Virus record (IMG/VR): IMGVR_UViG_3300027419_000027
Location: 16,039 to 80,038 of that record
Source of the DNA: a virus
Taxonomy: Duplodnaviria; Caudoviricetes
Reading direction: 5' to 3' (one strand)
DNA: 64,000 bases
Below are positions 48,056 through 57,891 of the stretch, piece after piece. The notes under the pieces are model-generated. The model was given only the letters and a program-made list of their open reading frames with translations. It ran no database searches and was not told the DNA's origin. Made by a program: the position numbers and the translations under genes. How positions within the stretch are numbered: position 1 is the stretch's first letter; each line of letters starts with the position of its first letter.

Positions 48056-48418
48056 TCATCTCGTCACCCTCTCCCCTCCGTGCACATGAACCCCCAAGTC
48101 CGCCAGCCTCACCACCTGGATCTCCACCGGCTCCACCAGTTCCAACTCGGTATGCCGACGCCGCACGATGGCGATACGATCCTGCAACTCCTTGCCGCGC
48201 GGCTCATATGTCTGGCCAGATATGTTCATGGGCAGCCCATGATACGGCGTGTCAACCAGCTTGTCGCGACACGCCTGTCGCCGCGTTATCACTCGTGCGA
48301 TCGAAGTGCTGGTGACGTGCAGCGCCGCACGAATCTGTTCGTAGGAATGGCCGGCGTCCACCAGTTTCAGAATCTGTTTCTGAAGGGCTATCGTCAGAAT
48401 CTGCGGGGTGTATTTCAT
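48056..48418 (-). CDS. HTH-like DNA-binding protein
   Basis: GHSYEQIRAALHVTSTSIARV. Confidence 0.55.
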   Translation of the reverse strand: MKYTPQILTIALQKQILKLVDAGHSYEQIRAALHVTSTSIARVITRRQACRDKLVDTPYHGLPMNISGQTYEPRGKELQDRIAIVRRRHTELELVEPVEIQVVRLADLGVHVHGGERVTR

Positions 48419-49098
48419 GGCTCTACTTTCTCAAACGAAATCACCCACACCCATGGATTCGCGTCCCAGCCGAAACCACGTTTGAAGTTGATCGAATCCC
48501 AGAGGGCCGAGAACTGGCTTATCGGGTCGTGTGGTGCAGATCTCCAGTCGATCGTCATTCCCTCTGCGATGGCGTCGGTGTTCTCGATCTCCTGCAACCG
48601 CTCGACACGCACGCCGGTAACCTCCAGCGTGATCCTCGACGCCCAGCGAGGCCTGTGGATGGACGGTCTCCAACGACTCGGAGTAACGCTTTCGTTGTTG
48701 TCTGCTCGATACAACGCCTTCACGCCATCCATCAGGAATTGGCCATCGTAGTCAGTGGTGTATGCCCACGTCTCTCGCACCCAGAGGCGGTCCCCAAGAC
48801 CGCCATATGGACACGTCATTGGCTTTCCCTTGCCGCCACCAGTAACGCATCGAATCCATCCGCCAGAATCATCTCGTTGGACCCATGGAATCTCACCGCC
48901 ACCGAATATGATCGGCTTCTGTGCATCAGCAACGTACATGCAGACGCAACCCTCTATGAGTCGAAGTTGCGTCAGTTCGTCTGGCATACCCGTGGCGTTT
49001 ACGAATCCGATGATTCGCCGCATCGTCGACTTGCGGCCTTGCTGGATCGCTCGCACTTCCGGACCGCTAGAAAGAATCGGTCGCTCTTTCATGTTCAC
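48415..49098 (-). CDS. Conserved phage protein, ASCH/PUA-like
   Basis: MKERPIL...GRKSTMRR...CPYG..GDRLWVRE...WRPSIH.PRWASRITLEV...W..NPWVWVISF. Confidence 0.8.
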   Translation of the reverse strand: MNMKERPILSSGPEVRAIQQGRKSTMRRIIGFVNATGMPDELTQLRLIEGCVCMYVADAQKPIIFGGGEIPWVQRDDSGGWIRCVTGGGKGKPMTCPYGGLGDRLWVRETWAYTTDYDGQFLMDGVKALYRADNNESVTPSRWRPSIHRPRWASRITLEVTGVRVERLQEIENTDAIAEGMTIDWRSAPHDPISQFSALWDSINFKRGFGWDANPWVWVISFEKVEP

Positions 49099-49268
49099 CT
49101 TCCTCCCTAAGTGCCGTTCAGAATTCGTGTCGGCCCATTCGCCTCGATCTCTTCCCGCACCCGCCGCATACTACATGAGCCGGTCGGGTGCCATTCGCCG
49201 CTGTCCACGCGAATCCAGACGCGTGGTGGCCCGTTGGTGTGTAGTATTCGATGTCCATGTTCACCCTT

Positions 49269-49475
49269 TCAGCTCGCAGCTTCTCGCCATTCTCGGTACT
49301 GCAACGTCCAACTCGATTCGTACTCTGCATCGCCATCTGAGTTGATTCGTTTTGCCAGTACGCTGTTCTCCCCAACCGCTGTAAGCTCAATCACCGTATC
49401 GCGGAATCCGTCATTCCCGACGAGCCTGGTTCCAGGCCCCCATCCGTTCTGCCTGCACTTTTCGGCGTCTGTCAT
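49269..49475 (-). CDS. Hypothetical protein
   Basis: ATGA-coupled. Confidence 0.55.
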   Translation of the reverse strand: MTDAEKCRQNGWGPGTRLVGNDGFRDTVIELTAVGENSVLAKRINSDGDAEYESSWTLQYREWREAAS

Positions 49476-49756
49476 GGCTTTTCCTTCTTCAACTCGCGAA
49501 ACGCTTCCCGTGCCTTCCCAATGGCTTCCGTCGCCACCGCCAACTCTTCTTTCAGACGCCCGATCTCAACACGAAACGCTGCCAGTTCCGTGTCCAGTTT
49601 AGTTTCCGCTTTGTCCGCTCGTTCCCTGAGAGTCTTCACCGACTCGAAACAGTCCGCGTATTCCGCGTTGCACCTGTTCAGGGAATGAACAACGCCACGC
49701 ATTTGTTCACGCCACCAGGAAAGCGTGTAGGTGTCTGGCCGGGTGTCGTCGCTCAT
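49472..49756 (-). CDS. Coiled-coil hypothetical protein
   Basis: ATGA-coupled. Confidence 0.55.
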   Translation of the reverse strand: MSDDTRPDTYTLSWWREQMRGVVHSLNRCNAEYADCFESVKTLRERADKAETKLDTELAAFRVEIGRLKEELAVATEAIGKAREAFRELKKEKP

Positions 49757-50115
49757 TGCTTTCCGTCCTGCTTGACGAAGAACAGGCTCCAATACTTGCC
49801 GTTCTTAACTCGTACCGCAAATGCGCCAGTTTCAGTTTTTCTACAGCGGACGAACAGGCCTTCCCGGTAATCAACCAAGTACCTTTCAGGTCTTCGCGGT
49901 TTCTCTCGCTTGTGGGAAATCTCCGACGCTTCCATCCACTTCAGAGCCTTGATGGCTCTCTTGTGCCGATACGCGACGCCAGGCTCCAACGTTATCAGTC
50001 GCGTGTGGTCCAAGCCGTTCGGGCAAACGAAGTACTTCGACACCAAACGGACTAACGGCGCTTTGCATACCGGGCAACGCTGTATCGCTTCAAGTTCCTT
50101 CAGGCTTACACGCAT
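49753..50115 (-). CDS. Zn-finger hypothetical protein
   Basis: CPVCK...VCPNG.H; GGAGG SD. Confidence 0.55.
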   Translation of the reverse strand: MRVSLKELEAIQRCPVCKAPLVRLVSKYFVCPNGLDHTRLITLEPGVAYRHKRAIKALKWMEASEISHKREKPRRPERYLVDYREGLFVRCRKTETGAFAVRVKNGKYWSLFFVKQDGKQ

Positions 50116-50168
50116 CGTTCGTCCTCCACGTGTCCATTTCCTGTAGTACGGAGTATATATACGCCGTA

Positions 50169-50372
50169 CTATCGCTTTTCTCTCCCGAGCGTTTCCAACC
50201 TGCCAGCTTCCGCTTCTATTTCCGCGCGAAGCTCGTCCACGGAAACATTCACCTCCGCAGCTATCACACGGAGCATCGTTGCCGAATAACACAACCCGTC
50301 TCGGTATCCGATGTTAAACGCTTCCATGATGTCGGCCTTGGCTCGTACCTTCAGTTCGTTCAGCATCGCCAT
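50169..50372 (-). CDS. Hypothetical protein
   Basis: GGAGG SD. Confidence 0.55.
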   Translation of the reverse strand: MAMLNELKVRAKADIMEAFNIGYRDGLCYSATMLRVIAAEVNVSVDELRAEIEAEAGRLETLGREKR

Positions 50373-50399
50373 CGTTCGTCCTCCGTCCTTGTCACCAAC

Positions 50400-50846
50400 C
50401 TATTCGTCAAACGAGTCCTCAGCGCGTCTTTTGACGCATTCAAGAACTTCGTCCATGTTCACGCAAATCGCGTCACACATCTTGACCATCAACTCAGGTT
50501 CGCCGTCTTCCAAAAGCAGAATGGTTGTCTTGCCAGTTCCTGAGGCCCATCCAAGCTCAAGTGACGCGGACCGTCCGAACGGCTGCACAGCCACGACTAC
50601 GTCCGCCGCGCGAAGAGCGTTCATGTCGCTCGCGAATCCATACTCTGCATACGGGTGTTGCAGACACTCTCGGTATCGCTCCGGAGTCCACTGTTTCCAA
50701 TCGGGATCAATCTCCGACCAGTGAAACCCGTTGTTGCCAGGGGCTGGATTTCTGAAGTCGTAGACCTCGTATCCAGCTTCGCGAAGTTCCGTAACGACTT
50801 CCGGTTGTTTCTCGTTTCGCCAACTACTTGCCACATAGATTTTCAT
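50400..50846 (-). CDS. Nucleoside 2-deoxyribosyltransferase-like / nucleotide N-hydrolase
   Basis: KIYVASSW, DMNALRAADVVV, GRSASLELGWA. Confidence 0.75.
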   Translation of the reverse strand: MKIYVASSWRNEKQPEVVTELREAGYEVYDFRNPAPGNNGFHWSEIDPDWKQWTPERYRECLQHPYAEYGFASDMNALRAADVVVAVQPFGRSASLELGWASGTGKTTILLLEDGEPELMVKMCDAICVNMDEVLECVKRRAEDSFDE

Positions 50847-50900
50847 TGTTTCTCCCTCATCTGTATCACCAGTTTCTTCGCTTCCTACGACGGATCACTT

Positions 50901-51299
50901 TCAAAATGGAATGTAGACGGCTTCGGACCATTCCACGTCCGAAGTCACACCAGCCACCGCCTGAAGCACGATGAAGGTCGAGCCGCGATGAACGCAAGCA
51001 AGTCGCTCGGCTTCCTTCCTTGCTTCCTCCTCGGTCGCGTGGCGAAATGTCCGCACGCCAACTCCAAGTACCATCCAAAACATGCGGAACTGTTCCTCCT
51101 CAACCGCTTTCTGTTCGGTTTCTGCTGGATCCGAGTCGTAGACCACACGATAGTAAGTTTCTCCAGGTGGGCAATCGTACAGAAAGGCCCCCACCCACAG
51201 TTCTCCGTCCTTCGCCTCGCAGTGCCACTTCCTGTCGCTCTTTTCGGCTGTCTCAACATCTCTGCAAAACGCGTAGTACGCATTCCAGTCAATTGCCAT
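50901..51299 (-). CDS. Hypothetical protein
   Basis: HATEEEARKEAERLA motif; AAGGAG SD. Confidence 0.6.
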   Translation of the reverse strand: MAIDWNAYYAFCRDVETAEKSDRKWHCEAKDGELWVGAFLYDCPPGETYYRVVYDSDPAETEQKAVEEEQFRMFWMVLGVGVRTFRHATEEEARKEAERLACVHRGSTFIVLQAVAGVTSDVEWSEAVYIPF

Positions 51300-51303
51300 C
51301 TCA

Positions 51304-51693
51304 TCACTCCTTTTCGTTCATCATCTTTCTGACAATCTTCTTCGCTTCCCACACCGGATCGTCCTCCCCACGAATCACCATCGCCATCGTCAACCCGAGC
51401 AGGAACCAGTCGTCACGAGTCATCGTTTCGGATGTTGTTGTTTCCACGGGGGAATGAGCGTCTTCTATCAATCCCCTGTCTTCTGCAATGAAACGCGGCA
51501 TTGTCGCTGCCGTCACCAGTTCCTCCGCTTCACCAGTGACTTCCAGTTCCGTCTTCGAAACGGGTAGCCACACGTCTTCCTGTCCGTCGGCAGTGAGCTT
51601 GAACGCCTTTCCGAACGACTCACATTTCCGGGGTGGCTCTCGCACGCTTTCGTACACCTCACACCTCCGTGGCATACTCAAAGTCGACTTCAT
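51304..51693 (-). CDS. Hypothetical protein
   Basis: Contains VWLPVS and MPRFIAEDRGL segments. Confidence 0.55.
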   Translation of the reverse strand: MKSTLSMPRRCEVYESVREPPRKCESFGKAFKLTADGQEDVWLPVSKTELEVTGEAEELVTAATMPRFIAEDRGLIEDAHSPVETTTSETMTRDDWFLLGLTMAMVIRGEDDPVWEAKKIVRKMMNEKE

Positions 51694-51865
51694 CGTCTAC
51701 GTCTATCGTTATTGTGCGTCCGTGTTTCAGTGCGTTGTTCAGGTGAGTCAGAAACATGTCGTCCCTGTAGTCTTGCGACTTCAGTTTCATGCGTTCGACG
51801 CGGCCAGTTAACTCGTCTTCAATAGCAGTAATGTCCACCAGCACTTCCTCCTTGGAAACAGCCAC
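51659..51865 (-). CDS. Hypothetical protein
   Basis: ORF track; early-region packing. Confidence 0.45.
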   Translation of the reverse strand: MAVSKEEVLVDITAIEDELTGRVERMKLKSQDYRDDMFLTHLNNALKHGRTITIDVDDEVDFEYATEV

Positions 51866-52138
51866 ACTGCAGCTTCAACGACTTGAATTCACCAGTTCCG
51901 ACAGTGCATACCTTTGCCGGATGACCAAAAATAGGACATAAAACTAGGTAGTTCGCAGGTGCCATATCAGCGGTTGTCACCGGGTTTCATCCGCAGGGAT
52001 CGGACTTTGGCGGCCCGAAGGCACTCTAACCGTTTTCGTGTCCGACTCTCCGAGTTTCCCCGGAGAACACTTGCTAGTTTCCCTCGCTGCCAATTCTGGG
52101 CTCTATGCCGCCGGGGAAGCACTTGCGGCGTTCTTCCC

Positions 52139-52339
52139 CTACATGTCGCGGGGCCTGTTCATAGGTCCGCCACACTGAAGGCATCTTGGTCTTCTGGCTG
52201 CGTACCTCTCACTCGAATGGATGTCGCGTGGCGCGCCACAGTCGCTACAGACCATCTTGGTGATTCGTCTTTTCCGCTGTGGACGCACTTTGGGAAGTGG
52301 CTTTCCGCGTCTTTTCGTGCTACAGTAAGCTTTAGACAT
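52139..52339 (-). CDS. Basic Zn-ribbon protein
   Basis: CSDCG...CLQCGG; GAGG SD. Confidence 0.55.
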   Translation of the reverse strand: MSKAYCSTKRRGKPLPKVRPQRKRRITKMVCSDCGAPRDIHSSERYAARRPRCLQCGGPMNRPRDM

Positions 52340-52442
52340 GCTGGCCTCTCTACAAGGTTGGCATCGTTCAGAGAAGTCCGGGTGACTAGCGAGTTCCCGG
52401 ACTTCTCGTATTTATACCACACCTGTACGGAAATACAACACA

Positions 52443-53042
52443 CTATTTCTTCCTCGCGGCTTCACGCAATTGGAACAGCCTCTGGCGGCTCACTGATTCG
52501 AGTCGCTTCCTGAGTGTTTCACTGTCGTCACCAATCGAAGCCATGTACGCAGCGACGTTTATTCGGTTTCGTTCGCGCCGGGTCTCTTCTCGCGTTTTCC
52601 AAAATGAATTCCCCGGTTCATGCGGACGTTCCCAATCAGCACGCCACATGCGATGCTTTGCTGATGGGCGATTTCCGACGTAGGCCATAAATGCCTCGAA
52701 CGAATTCGCCCAAACGTCGCACAATATTCCTCTGCGTCTCAGGTCACTCCAGGTGGTGTACTCTGGCACTGCCATAAGGCTGCGTCCACCCTTGTATTTG
52801 TGGCCGCAGCCCGCACAGTGCCTAACCGGTCGATCTTGTCTCGTAAGGCAGCCCGATTGAATTTCGGTGTAGTTTCCGCAGTCACACCGGGCGAGCCAGA
52901 TTGACTGCACGCATCTGGCGGAAGCTCTACGCTGCCTGACGAATCCGACGACTACCAGCGAGCCGAATCGATGGTCGAGCAGATTTCTCCGAATACACGC
53001 TGGAACATTCCGGCTTATCTTCGGGTCAGTTACGATTGGCAT
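52443..53042 (-). CDS. Divergent HNH-endonuclease-like protein
   Basis: RFGSLVV...WLARCDCGN...C.GCG, W.NSFEAF..YVGNRP, HRMWRADWERPHEPGNSFW. Confidence 0.7.
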   Translation of the reverse strand: MPIVTDPKISRNVPACIRRNLLDHRFGSLVVVGFVRQRRASARCVQSIWLARCDCGNYTEIQSGCLTRQDRPVRHCAGCGHKYKGGRSLMAVPEYTTWSDLRRRGILCDVWANSFEAFMAYVGNRPSAKHRMWRADWERPHEPGNSFWKTREETRRERNRINVAAYMASIGDDSETLRKRLESVSRQRLFQLREAARKK

Positions 53043-53076
53043 GGTCCTATTCCTTCGAATCTGCATGTCTTGCCTT

Positions 53077-54672
53077 TCAGTATGGTGCCATCGCAGGTTC
53101 TTCCTGCTTCACTAAGTAATCGCCGCCGTGGTGTCCCTTGACTATCGGAAACAGCATGTCAACGCGTCGGCCGTGGTCGTCAACATCATCGAACCTCAGC
53201 ATTCTGTAGCGCCTGCCTGCAATCTCGACAGACTTCGGAACTCGGTAATTCGTCCCCTGTTTTCTGCACTCCTTCTTAAACATCCCAAAACACTGTTTCC
53301 ACGTCCTGCCGGACTTTCCGGCCGCGAATAAGGCGTCCTTCATCAGTTCCTCGGCGCTCGCCACCTTCGGCTTCTTTTCCTCTTCGCGAACGACTTCCTT
53401 TAGTTCGGTCCCATCGAATACCAGTCCCTGGCCTTTCCGCTCGCTCGGGGTCGGCTCGTACCCGCAGTACCGGCACTTTCCTCCGCGGTAGATGGCATGG
53501 CACTTCGGGCACTCAATTGTCGGCCGCGACAGGACTTCCCCAGGTTCCTTCGTGGTGATGTCCAGAGTCCACGGCGGGTCGTCTTCGAAGAATCCGAGCC
53601 CACGCTTCAGGTTTCCACCATGATCAAGAACGATCGCGTCTGTCTTCTCTGGGTGCCTTCTGGACGCTCTGCCAATCATCTGACGCCACCGGACGATGGA
53701 CGCCACTGCTACGCACACCTGGACGCACCCGATTCGCGGAATGTCCGTCCCTCGCTCAACTACCTGGACGTTGCACAGATAGTCGATGTGGTGGTTGTTC
53801 AACTCTCGGAATATCCGGCGGCGGTCGTCGTCGGGCGTTTCCCCGTCCACGTACGCCACTCGGACGCCAGCGGATTCCAGTTGGGCCATAGCGTCACGGG
53901 CATGGGAACGTCGCGGAAAGAATCCGACTGTCGGCCTGCCTTCCGCATATTGCTTCCAGTCTCGCACCAGGTCGCCGGCAAGCCCGTCCATTGCGTCGGA
54001 AACGCTGTCCTTGGTAAACTCCCCACCGCGCTTCACCAGCAGGTTCAGCTTGCCCTGGGTCGCCCGGAAGTATCGGAATGGAGACAGGTAGTTGTTGTCG
54101 ATCAGCCATTGCGTGCTCGGGCCAGGAACGATTTCCTTGTAGATGTCTGCCAGTCCCCGAGCCTGTGGTGTCGCACTCAGCCCGATCACGTACGCTGGAT
54201 TCTGTCCCGAGGCTTCCCGTTTGGCGTCGTGGTACTTCAGAAACTTCGCCAGCTTCTGCAAGTGACTGTGAGTTTCGTCAAAACAAATCAGGTCGAACGT
54301 CAGATTCGGGCGATAGATTCCTCCCTCCACAAACCAACTCAGCATCGTGTCAATGGACGCCACTTGGATCTTGTCACCGTAGCTCGTGTCCCGGCCCGAC
54401 ATGATGATTCCATGCGGCAGGGCGGGTTCTTCCGCAAACGAATCCACGGCGTTGTCCACAAGTCCCCGGCGGTGGACGGCGAAAAGACTGTGCCCGGTCT
54501 GTTTCTCGCTGGGCTCCCTGTTTGCACTCGCTCCGAGAATCCACTTCGAGAGCCGAGTCTTGCCCATGCCGGGAGGTGCACAGACGATGACTCGCCGGTG
54601 CTGAGCCAGGGACGCCCTGACACGGTCCCGGTGTGATTCCTGGTGCGGATAAAGTGAAGGCAACTCGATCAT
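53077..54672 (-). CDS. SF2 DExH helicase with C-terminal Zn finger
   Basis: APPGMGKT, FDETH, SATP, ERGTDIP, QMIGRASR, CPKC...CRYCG. Confidence 0.9.
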   Translation of the reverse strand: MIELPSLYPHQESHRDRVRASLAQHRRVIVCAPPGMGKTRLSKWILGASANREPSEKQTGHSLFAVHRRGLVDNAVDSFAEEPALPHGIIMSGRDTSYGDKIQVASIDTMLSWFVEGGIYRPNLTFDLICFDETHSHLQKLAKFLKYHDAKREASGQNPAYVIGLSATPQARGLADIYKEIVPGPSTQWLIDNNYLSPFRYFRATQGKLNLLVKRGGEFTKDSVSDAMDGLAGDLVRDWKQYAEGRPTVGFFPRRSHARDAMAQLESAGVRVAYVDGETPDDDRRRIFRELNNHHIDYLCNVQVVERGTDIPRIGCVQVCVAVASIVRWRQMIGRASRRHPEKTDAIVLDHGGNLKRGLGFFEDDPPWTLDITTKEPGEVLSRPTIECPKCHAIYRGGKCRYCGYEPTPSERKGQGLVFDGTELKEVVREEEKKPKVASAEELMKDALFAAGKSGRTWKQCFGMFKKECRKQGTNYRVPKSVEIAGRRYRMLRFDDVDDHGRRVDMLFPIVKGHHGGDYLVKQEEPAMAPY

Positions 54673-55094
54673 CAGATTCCCCTCACGATTTCGTCGGGAA
54701 CATCAAATAACCCCTGTTGGCCTCGATAGGGAATCGGGGACGCGAATCGCATTGGGTTCGCCAGGATTATGCAATATGGGCCTTCGGCGTGAATGTGATC
54801 CAGAAGCCACGGCCACTGCTTCAACACACTATCTCGAAATCCAAGATTCCAGTTTCCTTGCGCATATCCGACCACCTCAACTCGGCCGATAAGGGCACCG
54901 AACGGCATGTCGTCGGGAATAGGGCCGTCCCAGCAATCGAGCCACTTCCGCGACTTCCCCGCATGTATCAGCAAAGGACCGCGGTATTCCATGCGCCAGC
55001 AACGGTTCTCGACGCGCTTGCGGATTTCTTCCGGCATTCCGTCCCACCCGACGATCAGCGAGGCATATGGCTGGCAGATAGTCAATGCTTTCAT
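54672..55094 (-). CDS. ASCH domain protein
   Basis: KALTICQPYASLI...KRVENR.W...YRGPLLIHAGK. Confidence 0.85.
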   Translation of the reverse strand: MKALTICQPYASLIVGWDGMPEEIRKRVENRCWRMEYRGPLLIHAGKSRKWLDCWDGPIPDDMPFGALIGRVEVVGYAQGNWNLGFRDSVLKQWPWLLDHIHAEGPYCIILANPMRFASPIPYRGQQGLFDVPDEIVRGI

Positions 55095-55123
55095 CTCAAC
55101 TTCTCCAATGCTCGCAGCCTTTT

Positions 55124-55429
55124 CTAAAATGGACTACCAAGCCGACGCTCCCACTCCGCATCCCATTCCTCTCGCGTCATGCGGGAAATGCGGAGTTGCT
55201 CCTGAATCTGTTCGTCCGTCAGGTACGGACGCGGATCCTCTCCCATGGTTGCTGCCATCTCGGCACCGATGTTTATGCTTCCGAATGGTGTACCTTCATC
55301 CTCGTCGTGCATGTACCTTTCGCAGCACTCGTCAGAACAAACCTCGCTTTTGCGAACGTCTCTTTCGAATGGGGCACCCTGGTCAAGCGGCGCACCGCAA
55401 ACCAAACACCGAGGTTCTAGCAAGCTCAT
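55124..55429 (-). CDS. Zn-finger hypothetical protein
   Basis: CLVCG...VCSDECC; ATGA-coupled. Confidence 0.55.
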   Translation of the reverse strand: MSLLEPRCLVCGAPLDQGAPFERDVRKSEVCSDECCERYMHDEDEGTPFGSINIGAEMAATMGEDPRPYLTDEQIQEQLRISRMTREEWDAEWERRLGSPF

Positions 55430-56202
55430 TTCCACCCTTTCGCAACTGTTAACAACGCCTTGCATGTCCGAATCGCCTGGACATGCTCCGGTTTCGCGAG
55501 CATGGTCTGCAGGTCGTCGAATGCCCGCATGAGCGCCTCGATCGTTTTTATGGTTTTCTGGCGCTGGGTCTTCAGGCGTTCCTCGTCCGTATCCCCAGCC
55601 GGTTCTCCGTACGGGTGGTGGCACTTCGCGCAGGAAACGCCGTCCTCGTCCTCGGTCCACTTCGTCCCGGCGCAGGCAGGGCACTTGCCAAAATCGACAG
55701 CCGGCGTTTCCGTGTCATTCCTCGACGGCCGGCTGTCAGATTCCTCGGGCGTCCCTGCCGAATCAGCGTCCTCTCCAATCTTTTCGATTCGCATCTCAAC
55801 TACCGCTTCGAGTTGTTCCTTCGTCGGTGTGTTGCCGTTGGCCAAATCAACCGCCTCGACCCACGCGGATTTCTGCTCTTGTTTAGGCAGTTTGGATAAA
55901 ATGCGGGCCTGTTTTTCGTTCGAAAGCGTTACCCGGGTAACGCTTTCCACCTCATTGGCTACCTCCGCACCACCCATTAACTGACGGGCCCGGCTGTCAC
56001 TGAAACCCCACTTTTCCTTGCAGTACGCCTTGAAGCTGCCGTAGCTTTCTCGGAATAGTTGCTGGTCGCGAATCTGTGCCAGTGCTTCTCCGACTTCGCG
56101 AAATGTCTCGACTCCCTTCGTGATAGTCTTTTCGCAGTTTCGTAGGGTGGTGCGCTCAAGCGAGTTGAGAACCGGTTTGTTTACAACGGCGTCTTGACTC
56201 AT
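55426..56202 (-). CDS. DUF3102-like/helical DNA-associated protein with Zn ribbon
   Basis: EVGEAL..IRD..LFR..Y.SF..YC..KWG.S..RARQL, CPAC...CAKC. Confidence 0.6.
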   Translation of the reverse strand: MSQDAVVNKPVLNSLERTTLRNCEKTITKGVETFREVGEALAQIRDQQLFRESYGSFKAYCKEKWGFSDSRARQLMGGAEVANEVESVTRVTLSNEKQARILSKLPKQEQKSAWVEAVDLANGNTPTKEQLEAVVEMRIEKIGEDADSAGTPEESDSRPSRNDTETPAVDFGKCPACAGTKWTEDEDGVSCAKCHHPYGEPAGDTDEERLKTQRQKTIKTIEALMRAFDDLQTMLAKPEHVQAIRTCKALLTVAKGWK

Positions 56203-56597
56203 GTTTCTTCTCCAATGCAAACGATACTGCACCACGGCAAATCGCCGAACATCTTTCGGCCGATAGATGAACTGTCTTCAAGCTCTTCGAGCACGCGGTG
56301 CATTGTCTGCCGAGACATCGCAAACCATTCTCCACGCGTTCTGTACTCTTCCAGGGATTTGTGGATCAAAGCCTCCAACTTGAATCCTCCGCGCAGGATC
56401 GCGAACACTCGCAGATCCCATGGGCTGTGAACTTGCACCTGTTGCCAGCGACGAACAGGGTTGGTCGTCGTGCCAATCTTGTAGAGCCCAGGCGATGCAA
56501 AGTCTCCGAACGGACTGTTTTCAAGAAGCGAACCGAACACGTCGTCCTCGTTCTCCATTCCGAAGATGTACACCCACCGGGTTTCGTAGTTAGCCAT
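56199..56597 (-). CDS. GIY-YIG superfamily (T5orf172/MUG113-like) nuclease
   Basis: WVYIF, YKIGTTTNP..R, LEALIH, RGEWF. Confidence 0.8.
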   Translation of the reverse strand: MANYETRWVYIFGMENEDDVFGSLLENSPFGDFASPGLYKIGTTTNPVRRWQQVQVHSPWDLRVFAILRGGFKLEALIHKSLEEYRTRGEWFAMSRQTMHRVLEELEDSSSIGRKMFGDLPWCSIVCIGEET

Positions 56598-56868
56598 CTG
56601 AATCGTTTCCTTCCTGTTGGCTGCCATAGTATTCCGAGGTGCTGGGGTCTTCGACCATATGCAGGCAGGCGATGCGACATTCTGAGGCGTTCTTGTCTGC
56701 CGCGTTTTTGCTGTCATGTATTGCCGTGGTTGTGCATGAGCGTGAGTAGACGTTCAGCCAGAACTCCTTCGGCTTGTAGATCACGCGGAACTCCCGTCCC
56801 GACTCGACGGCTTTGGCGATCTCCTCGATTGACATAATAAGCTTCTGTAGCTGCTCTGCGTTCATCAT
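56590..56868 (-). CDS. Hypothetical protein
   Basis: AGGAAGG SD. Confidence 0.55.
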   Translation of the reverse strand: MMNAEQLQKLIMSIEEIAKAVESGREFRVIYKPKEFWLNVYSRSCTTTAIHDSKNAADKNASECRIACLHMVEDPSTSEYYGSQQEGNDSDG

Positions 56869-56884
56869 GTTTCCTTCCTGTTGG

Positions 56885-57868
56885 TCATCGAGCCTGCGAA
56901 TCAAACGGCTTTGTTCCGCTCAGAATCGCGTTCCCGCAAGTGATTCGTCCGTCGTCCTCTTCGTGCGAGGCAATGAACACCAGCACGTCATACCCGGCAT
57001 CTTTCAGCCGTTGCTCCAAATCTGCGTACGGTGCGATGGTGGTGTAGTCTCCGTCCGTTTCGATTCCGTGGAGCATCGCTGATCGCGTCTTGTGCATCGG
57101 TGTCAGTTTGCAGATGTACCACGCCGGGTTGAAATACTTCCGCAGGACTTGTGGGTCGACGGGATACTCTGCAACGGCGAAGTTCAGCGTGATCTTCCGC
57201 CCGTTCGGAATGATGCCTTCCATGACACGGGCGATCTGGTCCAGAGAAAGGGCATTGCCGTGAAACATCCGATCCCGTTCAAACGGATCGGTTGAGTTAA
57301 TACTGATTTGCAGTCCGGCCTCGCCATGCAGTAGCCGGTTCTTCATCCGCATCCAGGTATGAATGAATGTCTTCAGCCACTCGTTATTCTTCGGCATCAT
57401 CGTGGAGACGACAGGATGGATGTGATACTCCGGGTCGATGTGAGTTTTGAACCATCTGGTCGCTTCCAAGACAGCAGGATTCAACGTCGGCTCTCCCATC
57501 CTGGCGAAATGAATGTTGAGACGCTTCGACGATTCGACTTCGGGATGGAGCTTGATTCCAGTTAGCACTTGCTCGATCAGATCATTCTCGGTCGCATTGA
57601 CTCCAGGGCCGACGCGCGGAACGTCGCAGAAACGGCACCCCATCGAGCAGCCGTATTGGGTGCTGATTGTGATAACCCATTTCTCTTCCAGTGGGAGAAG
57701 TTTGGTATGTCGCACTGGATCAGGGTCACGAGTCAGCCCGAGTGCGTCACACTTCAGGTTCACGTCTTTCCCGTAGTCTCCGATCGAGAGAAGCTCCAAC
57801 TTCCCTTGATCTCCTTGGACAACGAGAATGTCGCCTGTTGGGACGGATAGTCGTTCAAGAATCTTCAT
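56885..57868 (-). CDS. RlmN/Cfr-like radical SAM enzyme
   Basis: ISTQYGCSMGCRFC, ARMGEP, LQISINS, C-terminal ITCGN. Confidence 0.85.
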   Translation of the reverse strand: MKILERLSVPTGDILVVQGDQGKLELLSIGDYGKDVNLKCDALGLTRDPDPVRHTKLLPLEEKWVITISTQYGCSMGCRFCDVPRVGPGVNATENDLIEQVLTGIKLHPEVESSKRLNIHFARMGEPTLNPAVLEATRWFKTHIDPEYHIHPVVSTMMPKNNEWLKTFIHTWMRMKNRLLHGEAGLQISINSTDPFERDRMFHGNALSLDQIARVMEGIIPNGRKITLNFAVAEYPVDPQVLRKYFNPAWYICKLTPMHKTRSAMLHGIETDGDYTTIAPYADLEQRLKDAGYDVLVFIASHEEDDGRITCGNAILSGTKPFDSQAR

Positions 57869-57891
57869 GACGTTTTCTCCTGTTCATCGAT

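Noticed and set aside
49105-49268. In-frame continuation after the TGA of 49269-49475 (possible readthrough or recoding)
   Set aside because: No start codon, and no other sign of TGA reassignment: TGA, TAA and TAG all terminate well-supported genes. Ambiguous small-ORF region.
50113-50386. Repeated ggaggacgaacgATG before two neighbouring early genes
   Set aside because: Only two copies, largely explained by the SD consensus and local duplication.
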